From Octopus vulgaris (taxonomy: Eukaryota), in assembly GCA_951406725.2 (NCBI GenBank), contig OX597820.1:101928001-101992000 (forward strand): a DNA stretch of 64,000 bases, read 5' to 3'. The notes beneath the pieces are model-generated. The model searched no databases, was not told where the DNA came from, and was given only the letters and a program-made list of their open reading frames with translations. Shown here piece after piece: positions 53,290-64,000 of this stretch (positions are counted from its first letter, which is position 1; every line of letters begins with the position of its first letter). Made by a program: the position numbers and the translations under genes.

Positions 53290-53699
53290 TCACACGCATT
53301 TTATGGGCGTGGGAGTGGCTGTGTGGTAAGTAGCTTGCTTACCAACTACTTGGTTCCAGGTTCAGTCCCACTGCGTGGCACCTTGGGCAAGTGTCTTCTA
53401 CTATAGCCTCTGGCTGACCAAAGCCTTGTGAGTGGATTTGGTAGACGGAAACTGAAAGAAGCCTGTCGTATATATGTATATGTATATATATGTGTGCGTT
53501 TGTGTGTCTGTGTTTGTCCCTCCAACATTGCTTGACAACCGATGCTGCTGTGTTTACATCCCCGTAACTTAGCAGTTCAGCAAAAGAGACTGATAGAATC
53601 AGTACTAGGCTTACAAAGAATAAGTCCTGGGGTCGATTTGCTCGACTAAAGGCATTGCTCCAGCATGGCCGCAGTCAAATGACTGAAACTAGTAAAAGA

Positions 53700-53910
53700 G
53701 TAAAGAGTAAAGAGAGAAAAGGGAGGGAAAGAGGGAGATCAGAGGTAGGGAAAAAGTTGAAATGAAGCTGAGAAGAAAAAAAAAAGGAGGTTGAAGGAAA
53801 AAAGAAATCAAGGAAAGGAAAGTGTGAGAAGGAGAAAAGGAAGAGGAAGGAAGAAAGCAAGATGTTAATGAAACAGAAAAGAAAAAAATTACAGAAGGCA
53901 AAAAGAGACA
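53700..53910. repeat. purine-rich (GA) low-complexity tract
   Basis: Almost entirely A/G on the plus strand. Confidence 0.85.
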
Positions 53911-54585
53911 GAAACCATGGAATAACATAAAAAGACTGAAAAGAATACCCAGAAAAGTACCAAAAGTAAAAGAAACAAGTTTAGAATCTGTTTGAAGAAA
54001 CTAAGAAATAAAAAAGAAAAGAATTTCGAAGCAGAACCCAGAATATAGAGCCGTATGTAAAAGCAGCATGATGTGCCAGACTATAACTGCGTAACATTAT
54101 TTTGATACAAAATCATTAATCACAATATACATAGAAAAACCATAGGCTTATCCATTACTTCCAGCAGAACAGCAGAAAATAAAAGTGAACTAAAAGATAA
54201 TTACACAAATGTATTTCTCTCTCTCCTTCTATTTTGTAAAGTAACAAAGTTAATTCAAAACTAAAATTTAAAATATTTTTACAAAATTATATTAAACTTA
54301 AATTTCGAATTTTCCTCTAATTTTTTTTTTTTTTCTCTGCTGCCTTTTCTCTCTATCTTTCTTTTTTAAATCATGGCGCATCAATGCTGATTCAAAGAAA
54401 ATATCATATGCAAAAAAGCATTAGTATTTTCCTACAAGCCACAAATAAATGTTTAAATAAAATAAATTGAAAAGAAAAAAATGAGAATTTGTTACATGGT
54501 GTTTAAATGTTAGCTAGGTGATTTATCTTGTTGCAATGCTTCTGACATTAGAAATAATATCAAGTAGAATGTTTTTGTAAAAAAA

Positions 54586-54626
<41 letters not shown>

Positions 54627-54924
54627 TGATGAGGATGGTGGTGATGATGATGATGATGCTGCATAGAATGCAAAGCACAGAATGAAACAAATACGTTAAA
54701 GATAAAACCACCTAAATGTATAAACGAACTAAACAAGACGAATTTACATGTAAAAGCTTGAATTAGCAAGTTGCACAAATAATAATAATAATAAGAGTTA
54801 TAAATCCACTTTGCAGTTAGAGAATGTGAATATTAAATTCTTTGAAACCTGGAACTACTAGTATAACTTATGGTAATGATTCCTAACTTCAACATGAAAC
54901 CAGACCATGTCAATTGTAATTGAA

Positions 54925-55141
54925 CCCTTTCATTACCAACCTGGCAAAAACCGGCTCTGGCTCTGTAGTACAAATGTCTTGTTTTCATAAGTTTTGCATC
55001 AAAATATACCACCAAACCTTAGTAGCAATTTATATTCCTAATACTAGCTTAATGATAAGTTATTTTACTAAATTATTTGTTATATTTAAAATAATTGAAA
55101 GAAACACAGAGCATCTCAAAATAAATACAGTAACGAAAGGG
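54925..55141. mobile_element. piggyBac-like MITE, second family
   Basis: CCCTTTCATTAC...GTAACGAAAGGG|TTAA; near-identical to 63327-63546. Confidence 0.8.
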
Positions 55142-55250
55142 TTAAGTATAACTTGATACTTCTTTTACTGATTTACTCCCCACCCTCCACCACTCTAGAA
55201 GCATTAAAAGGTAAACACGATCCAGTGAATTTTGAGCACAGTATCTAGAG

Positions 55251-56104
55251 CAGGGCTTCTCAACTGTTATTTTATCTATGGACCTATTTGATAAACTACC
55301 GTAAATCCTCGAGTATAGCCCGCCCTAGAGTATAATACGCAGGGGTTTTTAGGGGGCTGTACTTCTGAAAAACCTAAACCTTGTGTATAATACACACCCT
55401 TTCTCTAACTTGAGTCGTGCGTAATTAAGCCAGCAACGCCTAGTCGAACAAACACTTCCGCGCATGCGTAATACAATAATGGTGATGTTCTTAACTGTTA
55501 TATGGGAATGTAAATATGTTTGCAAATTGTTTTTGTTACATGTTATTCTGTGTTCTGAATACTTTTATTTTAATAAATGTTGCTTACTGCAAGTTATGGA
55601 TGATTCTTTTATGACTTCATTGCTTTCAGGCTTAGCTTAAGGTATTTTCGCGCCCGACTTCACAAAATGCATCTGAATAAACATTGCCAGACTGCAAATA
55701 GAGTCTTGGACATTGTTTAGAAAATATTTTTCATTTTTAACCTCGTATATAGTACGCACTAGGGATTTTGACCTTTAAATTTTGGGGTAAAAATGCGGAT
55801 TATACTCGAGGATTTATGTTATTTTATTCTGGTGGACCCCACATAGCCATTCAATGTTTAAAAACTATTTTTATAGAAACTTCTTTCAAAATTCCTATTT
55901 GTTTTTCACAGTCGAACTCTGGAAAACATTTGAGAAAGAAACCTCGCTGTTTCTTGCAATAAATACTGACATAGCTCAAGCAAAAGTTTTTCAGGCATCC
56001 TTAAAATACTATTGTGGATCCCCAATTTACTATTCTTTGAGTAGGCCTTCCAAAATCCTATACGGACTCTCAAGGACCATATGGATCCCGACTGAGAACC
56101 ACTG
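55251..56104. mobile_element. same hAT family with perfect 8-bp TSD, containing a nested TcMar MITE
   Basis: CAGGGCTTCTCAAC...CTGAGAACCACTG; TSD ATCTAGAG at 55243-55250 and 56105-56112. Confidence 0.9.
55297..55821. mobile_element. Tc1/mariner-superfamily MITE
   Basis: TIRs TACCGTAAATCCTCGAGTATA / TATACTCGAGGATTTATGTTA with TA ends. Confidence 0.8.
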
Positions 56105-57251
56105 ATCTAGAGACACAAATCCAAATGGACAAAATACAGTGAAGCAGTTAGTTTTCCCCATAAATTACTGTCCCATTTACTCATCTTTTTTTTAACATTT
56201 AACTTTCCAAATTTGCATGGATCAGATGTGTGTGTTGGTGCAGAGTTTTTATATGGTCGGATGTCTTTCAAGTTGTTGACTCTCACTTGATTTCAGGAGG
56301 TGGGGGAATGATCTCCCAGTCTGTCAAACAACAAACAACCCAAACACAAATGAGCCATTTGTTTACTAAAACTGAGCAACATGTCCAGACATGTCAAAAA
56401 TTCCAGACACATTTTCATTGTTGGACTGCAAGCAAAGAACACTAACAGAAAACCACTGATTATAAATGAGTAAACACAGGGAAAATCCAAACTCAATCAC
56501 ATAAACATACACAACCAAACAGACTGACAGACATATATATACATACACACATAAGACTTCTTTCAGTTTCTGTCTACCAAATCCACTCACCAGGCTTTGA
56601 TTGGCTTGGATCTATATAGTTCAAAACACTCCAAGTTGCCACACTCCAACAGAGCATTAGTTAAAAACAACTATAAGCACAACCAACAAGGGAACCTTTA
56701 CACAGTTGATCAACTATATAGAAACAGGTGCCAAGTTTCCTTAAAATTACATGTTAACATCTTTAAAAGGAGTGTAGAACACATTGAATAATGAATCTTT
56801 GATACATTGGGATGAAAAAGAAAGAAAGAAAGAAAAAAGACTGGAAAATCGTGGCTGGAACACTTTTGATCAAAAGTTTGCTTGATTATGACTGACCAGA
56901 AGCAAAAACCATAAGAATGACTAATGACCTTGCCGTCCTCTTTATGTTAGACAACACAAAAATAAAGAATTAAGTAATAGCATTTTTTTCTGTATATCAA
57001 TGTAGTATCAAAGAAGCAAGGGAATGAAGAAGAAATTTATCAACAAGAAAATTAAACTGTTCATTACAATGTTATTGAAGCTAATTTAGTCACGCTCGAA
57101 AACTTTAAATCACAACAGGCATGAAAGAAAACGAGCATTAAACTAATGTGATGAATGATGATGTTACAGTTAAAAGCTGCTAGTAAAAGTTTTAAGAATT
57201 TTAAGGGCAGTGACTACAGATGGCAAAAGTATTAAAAAAACTTAAATAAAT

Positions 57252-57540
57252 AGGCACAGGAGTGGCTGTGTGGTAAGTAAAGCTTGCTTCCCAACCACAG
57301 AGTTCCATGGTTTGGTCCCACTGTGTGGCACCTCGGGCAAGTGTCTTCTTACTATAGCTTCAAGCCAACCAAAGCCATGTGAGTGGATTTGGTAGACGGA
57401 AACTGAAAGAAGCCCATCATATATATGTATATATATATATGCGTATGTGTGTGTTTATGTCCCCGTTACTTAGCGGTTCGGCAAAAGAGACCGATAGAAT
57501 AAGTACTGGGCTTACAAAAGAATAAGTCCCAGGCTCGAGT
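57252..57540 (+). mobile_element. SINE family A, 3'-truncated
   Basis: Consensus head and body, ending abruptly at an RTE fragment. Confidence 0.85.
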
Positions 57541-57543
57541 TGG

Positions 57544-58152
57544 ATTCTTCAAGCTGAACCAACTGGCAGGAGACCTAGGGGTAGACCAAGAATGAGGTGG
57601 TTGAATAATATCCATAATGACTGTGTGGAGGTGCAGGCATGACTATGTAGTAAAAAGCTTGCTTCCCAACCACATAGTTCATGGTTTGGTCCCACTGTGT
57701 GGCACCTCGGGCAAGTGTCTTCTTCTATAGCTTCAAGCCAACCAAAGCCATGTGAGAAGATTTGGTAGACAGAAACTGAAAGAAACCTGTCGTATATATA
57801 TGTGTGTGTGTGTGTGTCTTTCCTACCATCAACACTTGACAACCAGTGTTGGTGCATTTACATCCCCATAACTTAGTGGATCAGCAAGAGAGACCAACTA
57901 CACTTAAAAATAAGCCCTAGGGTTGATTTGTTTGACTAAAATTCTCCATGGTGGAGCTCCAGCATGGCCACAGTCAAATGACTGTAACAAGTAAAAGAAT
58001 AAAGGAATAGTCTCAGTTGATCATGCTTGGGAATCCAATCATGAAAGTTTAATGACTGATGCTTCTGACAGGACCCTATGGAGAAGGGGACTCTACTCCC
58101 ATGATCCTCCCAGGAATAGTCTGCAGAGAGAAGATGGATGAATTGATGGATG
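57544..58152 (+). mobile_element. RTE-type LINE 3' end interrupted by a family A SINE (57629-58000)
   Basis: Translates ILQAEPTGRRPRGRPRMRWLNNIH, resumes with ..DASDRTLWRRG after the SINE, ends in an (ATGG)-like tail. Confidence 0.7.
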
Positions 58153-58609
58153 GTGTTCTTGTATTAACAGCTCTTTTGACTCAAATCAAGAAGCCTTACA
58201 ACAGGAAGATGGCTAATTAAACAAGTCACTTGATTGAGGTTTCTACTTGTGATCACTTTGCCTTTATTGTATGATATTATGCTATAAGATTTGGGCTTTC
58301 AAAACATGGGGTTTCTAGTTGGAGGCTGCTTGATAGTTTGCCGAAAGAGATTTGACTGTTTTATTAGACATGCTGAATAACTATACAGAAGTCTCATACC
58401 TGTTCAAGGTTCAATCAGCTTACCTGTTGTCTAGATCAACCCCTTTGATATCAACCTGCCCAAAACTACACCTAGTTATTTGATACAAGCTTCAGATTTA
58501 AAATGATCTGAATTAAAACTTCCCATCAAAACTTCATGTTAATCTATGTTTAAAACAACAGCTTAATAACGACAAGGTATTTTAAATTTTACATAATTTT
58601 TAGAATTAA

Positions 58610-59050
58610 GGGACACAAAGGGCACTTAAAAGGCACCATTCGAGCATGATCATTACCAGTGTCACCTTACTGGCACTCGAGCCCCGTGCTAATAGGGTAT
58701 TAAGAGCACCATCTGAGCGTGATCGTTGCCAGAGCCTGCTGGTGGCACGTAAAAGACACCATTCGAGCGTGATCGTTATCAGGATCACCTTACTGGCACC
58801 TGTACCGGTGGCATGTGTAAAAGATTTGAGCGAGGTCGTTGTCAGTACCGCCTGACTGGCCCTGTGCTGGTGGCACGTAAAAGCACCTACTACACTCTCG
58901 GAGTGGTTGGTATTAGGAAGGGCATCCAGCTGTAGAAACTCTGCCAGATCAAGATTGAATCCTGGTGTAGCCATCTGGTTCGCCAGCCCTCAGTCAGTCG
59001 TCCAACCCATGCTAACATGGAAAGCGGACGTTAAACGATGATGATGATGA
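58610..59050 (+). mobile_element. family C repeat with ~5 internal repeat units, inserted in a TTAA MITE
   Basis: Repeated tggcacgtaaaa(g)caccattcgagcgtgatcgtt units, then the family C tail. Confidence 0.8.
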
Positions 59051-60254
59051 AAGACAATTTACTTCAACAGAAATATTGTAATGAAAGGGTTCATGTTTCA
59101 CCGAAATGTAGCGCTGTCAGTGAATAAACCTAGATGCGTTGTTAATACTTATTGGAGGAACTTTTAAGATAGACAAGTCAATCTCAACATCATTAAATTC
59201 AGAAACATTGCACACTGAACAAAATAATAAAATATTGTTGTAAATCTAATGAACTGTATCACTTGTACCATAGTCACTGGCTAACAATGGGACATACATC
59301 ATATTAGAACAAAACATGTAGGTTTGATACTGGAATTAGAAATACAGACAATCTAATAAAATACTCAAATCTTGACAACTGCCAAGAGAGTTGCTGAATT
59401 GTTAAGTCATGTAGAAAACTTCAGAAACAGAAATGAAGAATGAAACAACAGTTTTATCATGATTGATTTAACACCCTTTTTGCCTCAAGTGATATATTAT
59501 AAAATTAGTTACAGTATTTTGTCGTCATCTATGTGCCTACTAGTTACAGAAATAAAACAGTAAATGAGAAGAAAAACAGAATCAAATAAGAGAAAAAAAA
59601 GTTAATAGGAAGATAACTAAAAATAAATAAGAAGAAAGGAATATTGCTTTGCATTGTATTGTATTGTCTTTCTTTAGAGGATGCCTTATAGTTGTTATTC
59701 CGTTTTTACTGCTGTTATAAATGTTAAAAAAAAACACTAAAAATATTATAGTGTGCCAAAGTATTTAGCAAACATCCACAACTCAAGTTTGCTTTGCAAA
59801 AAAATTTTATCATCAAATGCTAAAGAGTTAAAACATCTCTAATGCTTTTAGCAAAAGAAAATAAATGATACATCTCAATGAAATTAATTCACTGAAGTTT
59901 CTCAAAGTCCAACTGATGATAATTACAAAAGCAAAACAGATAAAGAATTTGTATTCTTTTCAATTCAGCATGCAGAAGATCTCATAATGATGGCATATAA
60001 ATCAATGCCTACATTTCAATGCTTGCATGGGTTGGATGGAGTTTACAGAGATAGATTTTTTTTACTACTAGATGTCCTTCCTGTTGCCAACCCAACCCTC
60101 ACCTGTTTCCAACTAATGTAAATATTTCCCCATGACCAGACATGTTTTCACAGATTAATGGAAATGAATGACACTACTTGTATGAAAGTGACAATTATTT
60201 ACAACTAACATGCAAGGTCAAGACAAGAAGGCACCACTATATACATACACACTA

Positions 60255-60264
60255 GTGTATATGC

Positions 60265-60305
<41 letters not shown>

Positions 60306-60361
60306 AGTGTTTGTGTGTGTGTGTGTGTATATATATATATGTGTGTGTGTTTATGTGTGTG

Positions 60362-60406
<45 letters not shown>

Positions 60407-60407
60407 A
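60255..60407. repeat. compound (TA)n/(TG)n microsatellite
   Basis: Alternating TA and TG blocks. Many other (TA)n, (CA)n and (CAT)n runs occur throughout the window. Confidence 0.95.
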
Positions 60408-60511
60408 TTTTGAATATCTGTCTTATTTATTTTCCTGTTTTTATTGGATAGTATGAGTAGCATGTTTTTTTATATATCAATATTATTATTATAATTCTAT
60501 AGTTATGTATA

Positions 60512-60643
60512 TCCTATGACGAGGCCTTTGGTTATTTAAACAGACAAATATAATCTTTAATGCCTAGGACTATATTACAATGGCATCTATGGGCAATTTA
60601 AGTTGGATTGTCTCTTGACCATAGGCTGAAACAGCTGTAAGGA
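60512..60643 (+). ncRNA. type I hammerhead-like motif with ~85-nt insertion in loop II
   Basis: TCCT aTGACGA GGCCTTTGGT...ACCATAGGCT GAAA CAGCTGTA AGGA. Palindromic stem III ACAGCTGT, GUA triplet; C3 is replaced by A. Confidence 0.6.
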
Positions 60644-61466
60644 GCAGTTTATTTGTATTATTTTTATTTATTATTAATTTGCATATTGATGTATATTGTT
60701 TTGTTTGATTTTCATGTTCCTATTTGTATAATTAATAGATAATATGAAATTGTAATATCCATAAGTTGATGATCGAAATAAATTTGTTCCTCCATTTTCT
60801 TATTTGTATTATGAATTTATGGTAAAATATTTTTTACCTTCACCCACTGAATACAATAAATGAATTAATTGCATTGCAATTATAAGCATTTATGTATTTA
60901 GTATTTGGGTACTTTACCAGTAGTATATTGGATAATGGCTATCCCATCATGGGTTACTTTCATAACCCCTATCTTGCTTTATATATCATCATCATCGTTT
61001 AGCGTCCGCTTTCCATGCTAGCATGGGTTGGACAGGTCAACTGGGGTCTGTGAAGCTGGAAGGCTTCGTCAGGCCCAGTCAGATCTGGCAGTGTTTCTAC
61101 GGCTGGATGCCCTTCCTAACGCCAACCACTCCGCGAGTGTAGTGGGTGTTTTTTACGTGCCACCTGCACAGGTGCCAGACAGAGCTGGCGAACGGCCACG
61201 AACGGATGGTGCTTTTACGTGTCACCGGCGCGGGGCCAGGCGAATGGGTTTCTTTCAGTTTGCACCTAACAAATTCAATCACAAAGCCTTAGTCAGCATA
61301 AGGTTATAACAGAAAACATTTACACAAGTCTCTACACAGTGGGACTGAACCCAAAACCATGTGGTAGGGAAGCAAACTTCTTAACCACACAACCATGCCT
61401 GTGTACAGCCACACTTGCGTTAGGTGTCCCATTATTATGGATTATATATAAATTTTACATGTCATA

Positions 61467-61845
61467 GGTGCAGGAGTGGCTGTGTGGTAAGTAGCTTGCT
61501 AACCAACCACATGGTTCCGGGTTCAGTCCCACTGCGTGGCATCTTGGGCAAGTGTCTTCTGCTATAGCTCCGGGCCGACCAATGCCTTGTGAGAGGATTT
61601 GGTAGACGGAAACTGAAAGAAGCCTGTCGTATATATATATATGTATGTGTTTGTCCCCCTAGCATTGCTTGACAACCGATGCTGGTGTGTTTATGTCCCC
61701 GTCACTTAGCGGTTTGGCAAAAGAGACCAATAGAATAAGTACTGGGCTTACAAAGAATAAATCCCGGGGTCCCATTGCTCGACTAAAGGCAGTGCTCCAG
61801 CATGGCCACAGTCAAATGACTGAAACAAGTAAAAGAGAGAGAGAG
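61467..61845 (+). mobile_element. SINE family A
   Basis: Near-consensus full-length copy. Confidence 0.9.
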
Positions 61846-63326
61846 TCATGGGAAAATGTGATTAATGTTGCAAGCAAAGTTAGTCTTTGGAGAGAGAGAG
61901 AAATTTTAAAGTGTTTTAAACAATACTGATTAAATATTTAAATTGCTTTCTCAAATGAAAAGCTTTGCTTCAAGCATCAGAATAAACATCTCACCATAGT
62001 CAAACTTATTCAAATCAACAAACTTTATTAGATGAGTTTTGCTGATGTAAACCAAATCTAGTTCCACTGGATTCTAGTTTACATTAGCTATTTTTTTTTT
62101 CTAGACCTAGCTAGAGTTCAACTAGAAAATGCTTTTAAAGGCTTCTTTTCTCAGGTATGAAAATTTTAGTAGAGTTAAAATTTATATCTTTCCCCAGAGC
62201 TTTAGTCATTCATATAAATGAAGCGAAACAGGCAACAAATGGAATTAAAGTGGAATTACAAACTTGGCTAGCCAGTTCCTTGTTACTGCTCATTTATTCT
62301 CCACTCTCACGTTCTTTCCATAGCAAGCTAAGAATACTTATTGTTTGTTTGTCTGGTGTTTTGAAAATAACTTTCATTCAATGAAAAATTATTTTGAAAC
62401 AAGCTTTTTTGGGTTTATTTTTTAACCTAACATTTTGCAAATGTCAGTTTTAAAAACCAATCTTACATCCTTATTTGTAAAGATGATTATGTTACAGAAC
62501 CCCAGTTCTCTTGTGCTACATATAACAATAACAGTGAAGAAATGTAGTATGACAAATACAGTCTGGGTTTACAAGACTTTGGTTTGTTTTCTAGGTTCTA
62601 AAAGCCTGTTCAGCAGTCCAACAACAATTTGTCTTTTACTTATTTCGTTTGGTATTATTTTACTTTATCAAAAGATACAAAAGTATTTTTTGCTTATCAT
62701 TTTGTTTCTTTGTCATAATTTGAGCTCTGTTTTCTAAGAACCCTGCTGGAAAAAAAAAAGTCATATTAAGAACATAAAAATCTTGTCTAGTCATTTTTCT
62801 CTAATTCAAAGAAGATCTGAAAAGCATATGTAGATGGGAGCAAAGAAAATTTTTCTTACTAGAGACTTTTTCATAAAGAATTCTCTAACAATGAATAGCA
62901 AGATTAAAAACCAAAAGTATCTTGATTTTTGCCTTTTCTTCAAGTCTGGATAATCACCATTTGAATGGAATTTTCCTGAGCTCACTATGACATGAAATAA
63001 TCCATACAACATGAAACATCTATGATCATACTAGTTATTGATATTTCCGTTTTTGAGTACCACTTGTAAGCTTAGATCAAACAAAATTTCAGCCTATAGA
63101 TATTCGGTCATGATGGACAAATTAATGATGATAAGAACTTTCAACCCCAAGTCCCCATAGTTAAAAGTAAATGTTGCAAAGTTTTCTAGCTGTTGTAAAA
63201 GGCAGTTGTTTTTGTTATTGTTTAATCCGGACCCCATGATAGTGTTTCATCCACAATTATCCCAATTAACAAACATAATGCATTTAGAACTGCATTATCC
63301 AAAACATTCTTTCATTCTTTCTTTAA

Positions 63327-63546
63327 TCCTTTCATTACCAACCCGGCTGAAACCAGCTCTGGTTCTGAGTACAAACGTCTTGTTTTCATAAGTTTTAAAT
63401 TAAAACCTTCCACCAAACCTTAGTCACAATTTATGTTCCTAACACTAGCTTAATGATAACTAAGTTATTTTACTAAATTCTTTGTTATATTTAAAGTAAT
63501 TCAAAGAAACACAGAGCATCTCAAAATAAATACAGTAATGAAAGGG
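63327..63546. mobile_element. piggyBac-like MITE, second family
   Basis: TTAA|TCCTTTCATTAC...GTAATGAAAGGG|TTAA. Confidence 0.85.
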
Positions 63547-64000
63547 TTAAACAGACAGGTATAATTTAGCTCATCATCATTTAATGTTTGTTTTCCATGC
63601 TGGTATAGATATTGATGGCTGACAGGAATTAACAAGTCAGAGATCTGCACCAAATTCTATTGTCGGCTTTGGCATTTTTTCTATGACTGAATACCCATCC
63701 TAAAGCCAACCACTTTACAGAGTGTTTAGTGGGTGATTTTTATATGGCACTAGCACCTGATTACTATCTCTATCAAAATGTTGAAATCTAAACTCAAATT
63801 TTCATCTGAAATAGCATCACATGAAATGTAATAAATCAATAAGTAAAAAAGATTGTCTTTTATTTAAGACTTTTGATATCAACTTGCCTAAGACTGCTTC
63901 TGGTTCTAAGATACAAACCTCTTCTTTTAAAGTGATCTTAATTAAAACTTTCTATTAAAATTGCATGTTAATTTTTTGCCCCAAATACCAGCTTATTTTC

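Larger units (their letters stand above)
50652..53710 (+). repeat. 1331-bp tandem duplication bounded by three family A SINEs (starting 50652, 51981, 53312)
   Basis: Unique inter-SINE sequence 51031-51980 is repeated essentially identically at 52362-53311. Confidence 0.95.

Noticed and set aside
53930-54900. Possible upstream non-coding exon or promoter of TP53I11
   Set aside because: TE-poor, but no strong donor or TSS signature can be supported from sequence alone.
58610-58890. Repeat-spacer (CRISPR-like) appearance of tggcacgtaaaa..caccattcgagcgtg units (also 17300-17470 and 13830-14160)
   Set aside because: The apparent spacers are homologous to each other, the units lie inside a eukaryotic RTE-derived repeat, and no cas genes are present.
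62400-63200. Possible decayed transposase
   Set aside because: Only faint motif hints; not assignable without a search.
198-63391. The great majority of ORF-track entries
   Set aside because: They translate SINEs, microsatellites (YIYI, HTHT, CVCV) or antisense TE sequence. The same peptides recur with each repeat copy and lack splice context.

Overview
AT-rich eukaryotic genomic DNA, dense in SINEs and microsatellites. The repeat families look like those of Octopus (inferred from recognition, not from a database search). The only protein-coding gene I can support is a TP53I11/PIG11 homologue on the minus strand. It has two short coding exons (40860-40891 and 13535-13628) that splice in frame across a 27.2-kb intron to give [42 protein letters not shown]; the remaining exons probably lie left of the window. 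Nearly all ORF-track entries are spurious repeat or microsatellite ORFs. The rest is transposon debris: tRNA-derived SINEs, RTE/CRE/Hero LINE fragments, Tc1, hAT, piggyBac-like MITEs, a Helitron, a solo LTR and two 5S pseudogenes. The most striking structure is a set of short fold-back (inverted-arm) elements, mostly in AT-rich or (TA)n sites, several carrying minimal type I hammerhead ribozymes typical of Penelope-like elements. These include one intact hammerhead (31558-31600), one with a compensatory G3-C8 core swap (8745-8794), and a tRNA-headed SINE fused to a hammerhead (7109-7446). Also present are a SINE-mediated 1331-bp tandem duplication with a chimeric middle SINE, several templated-insertion scars, and a candidate recursive splice site.
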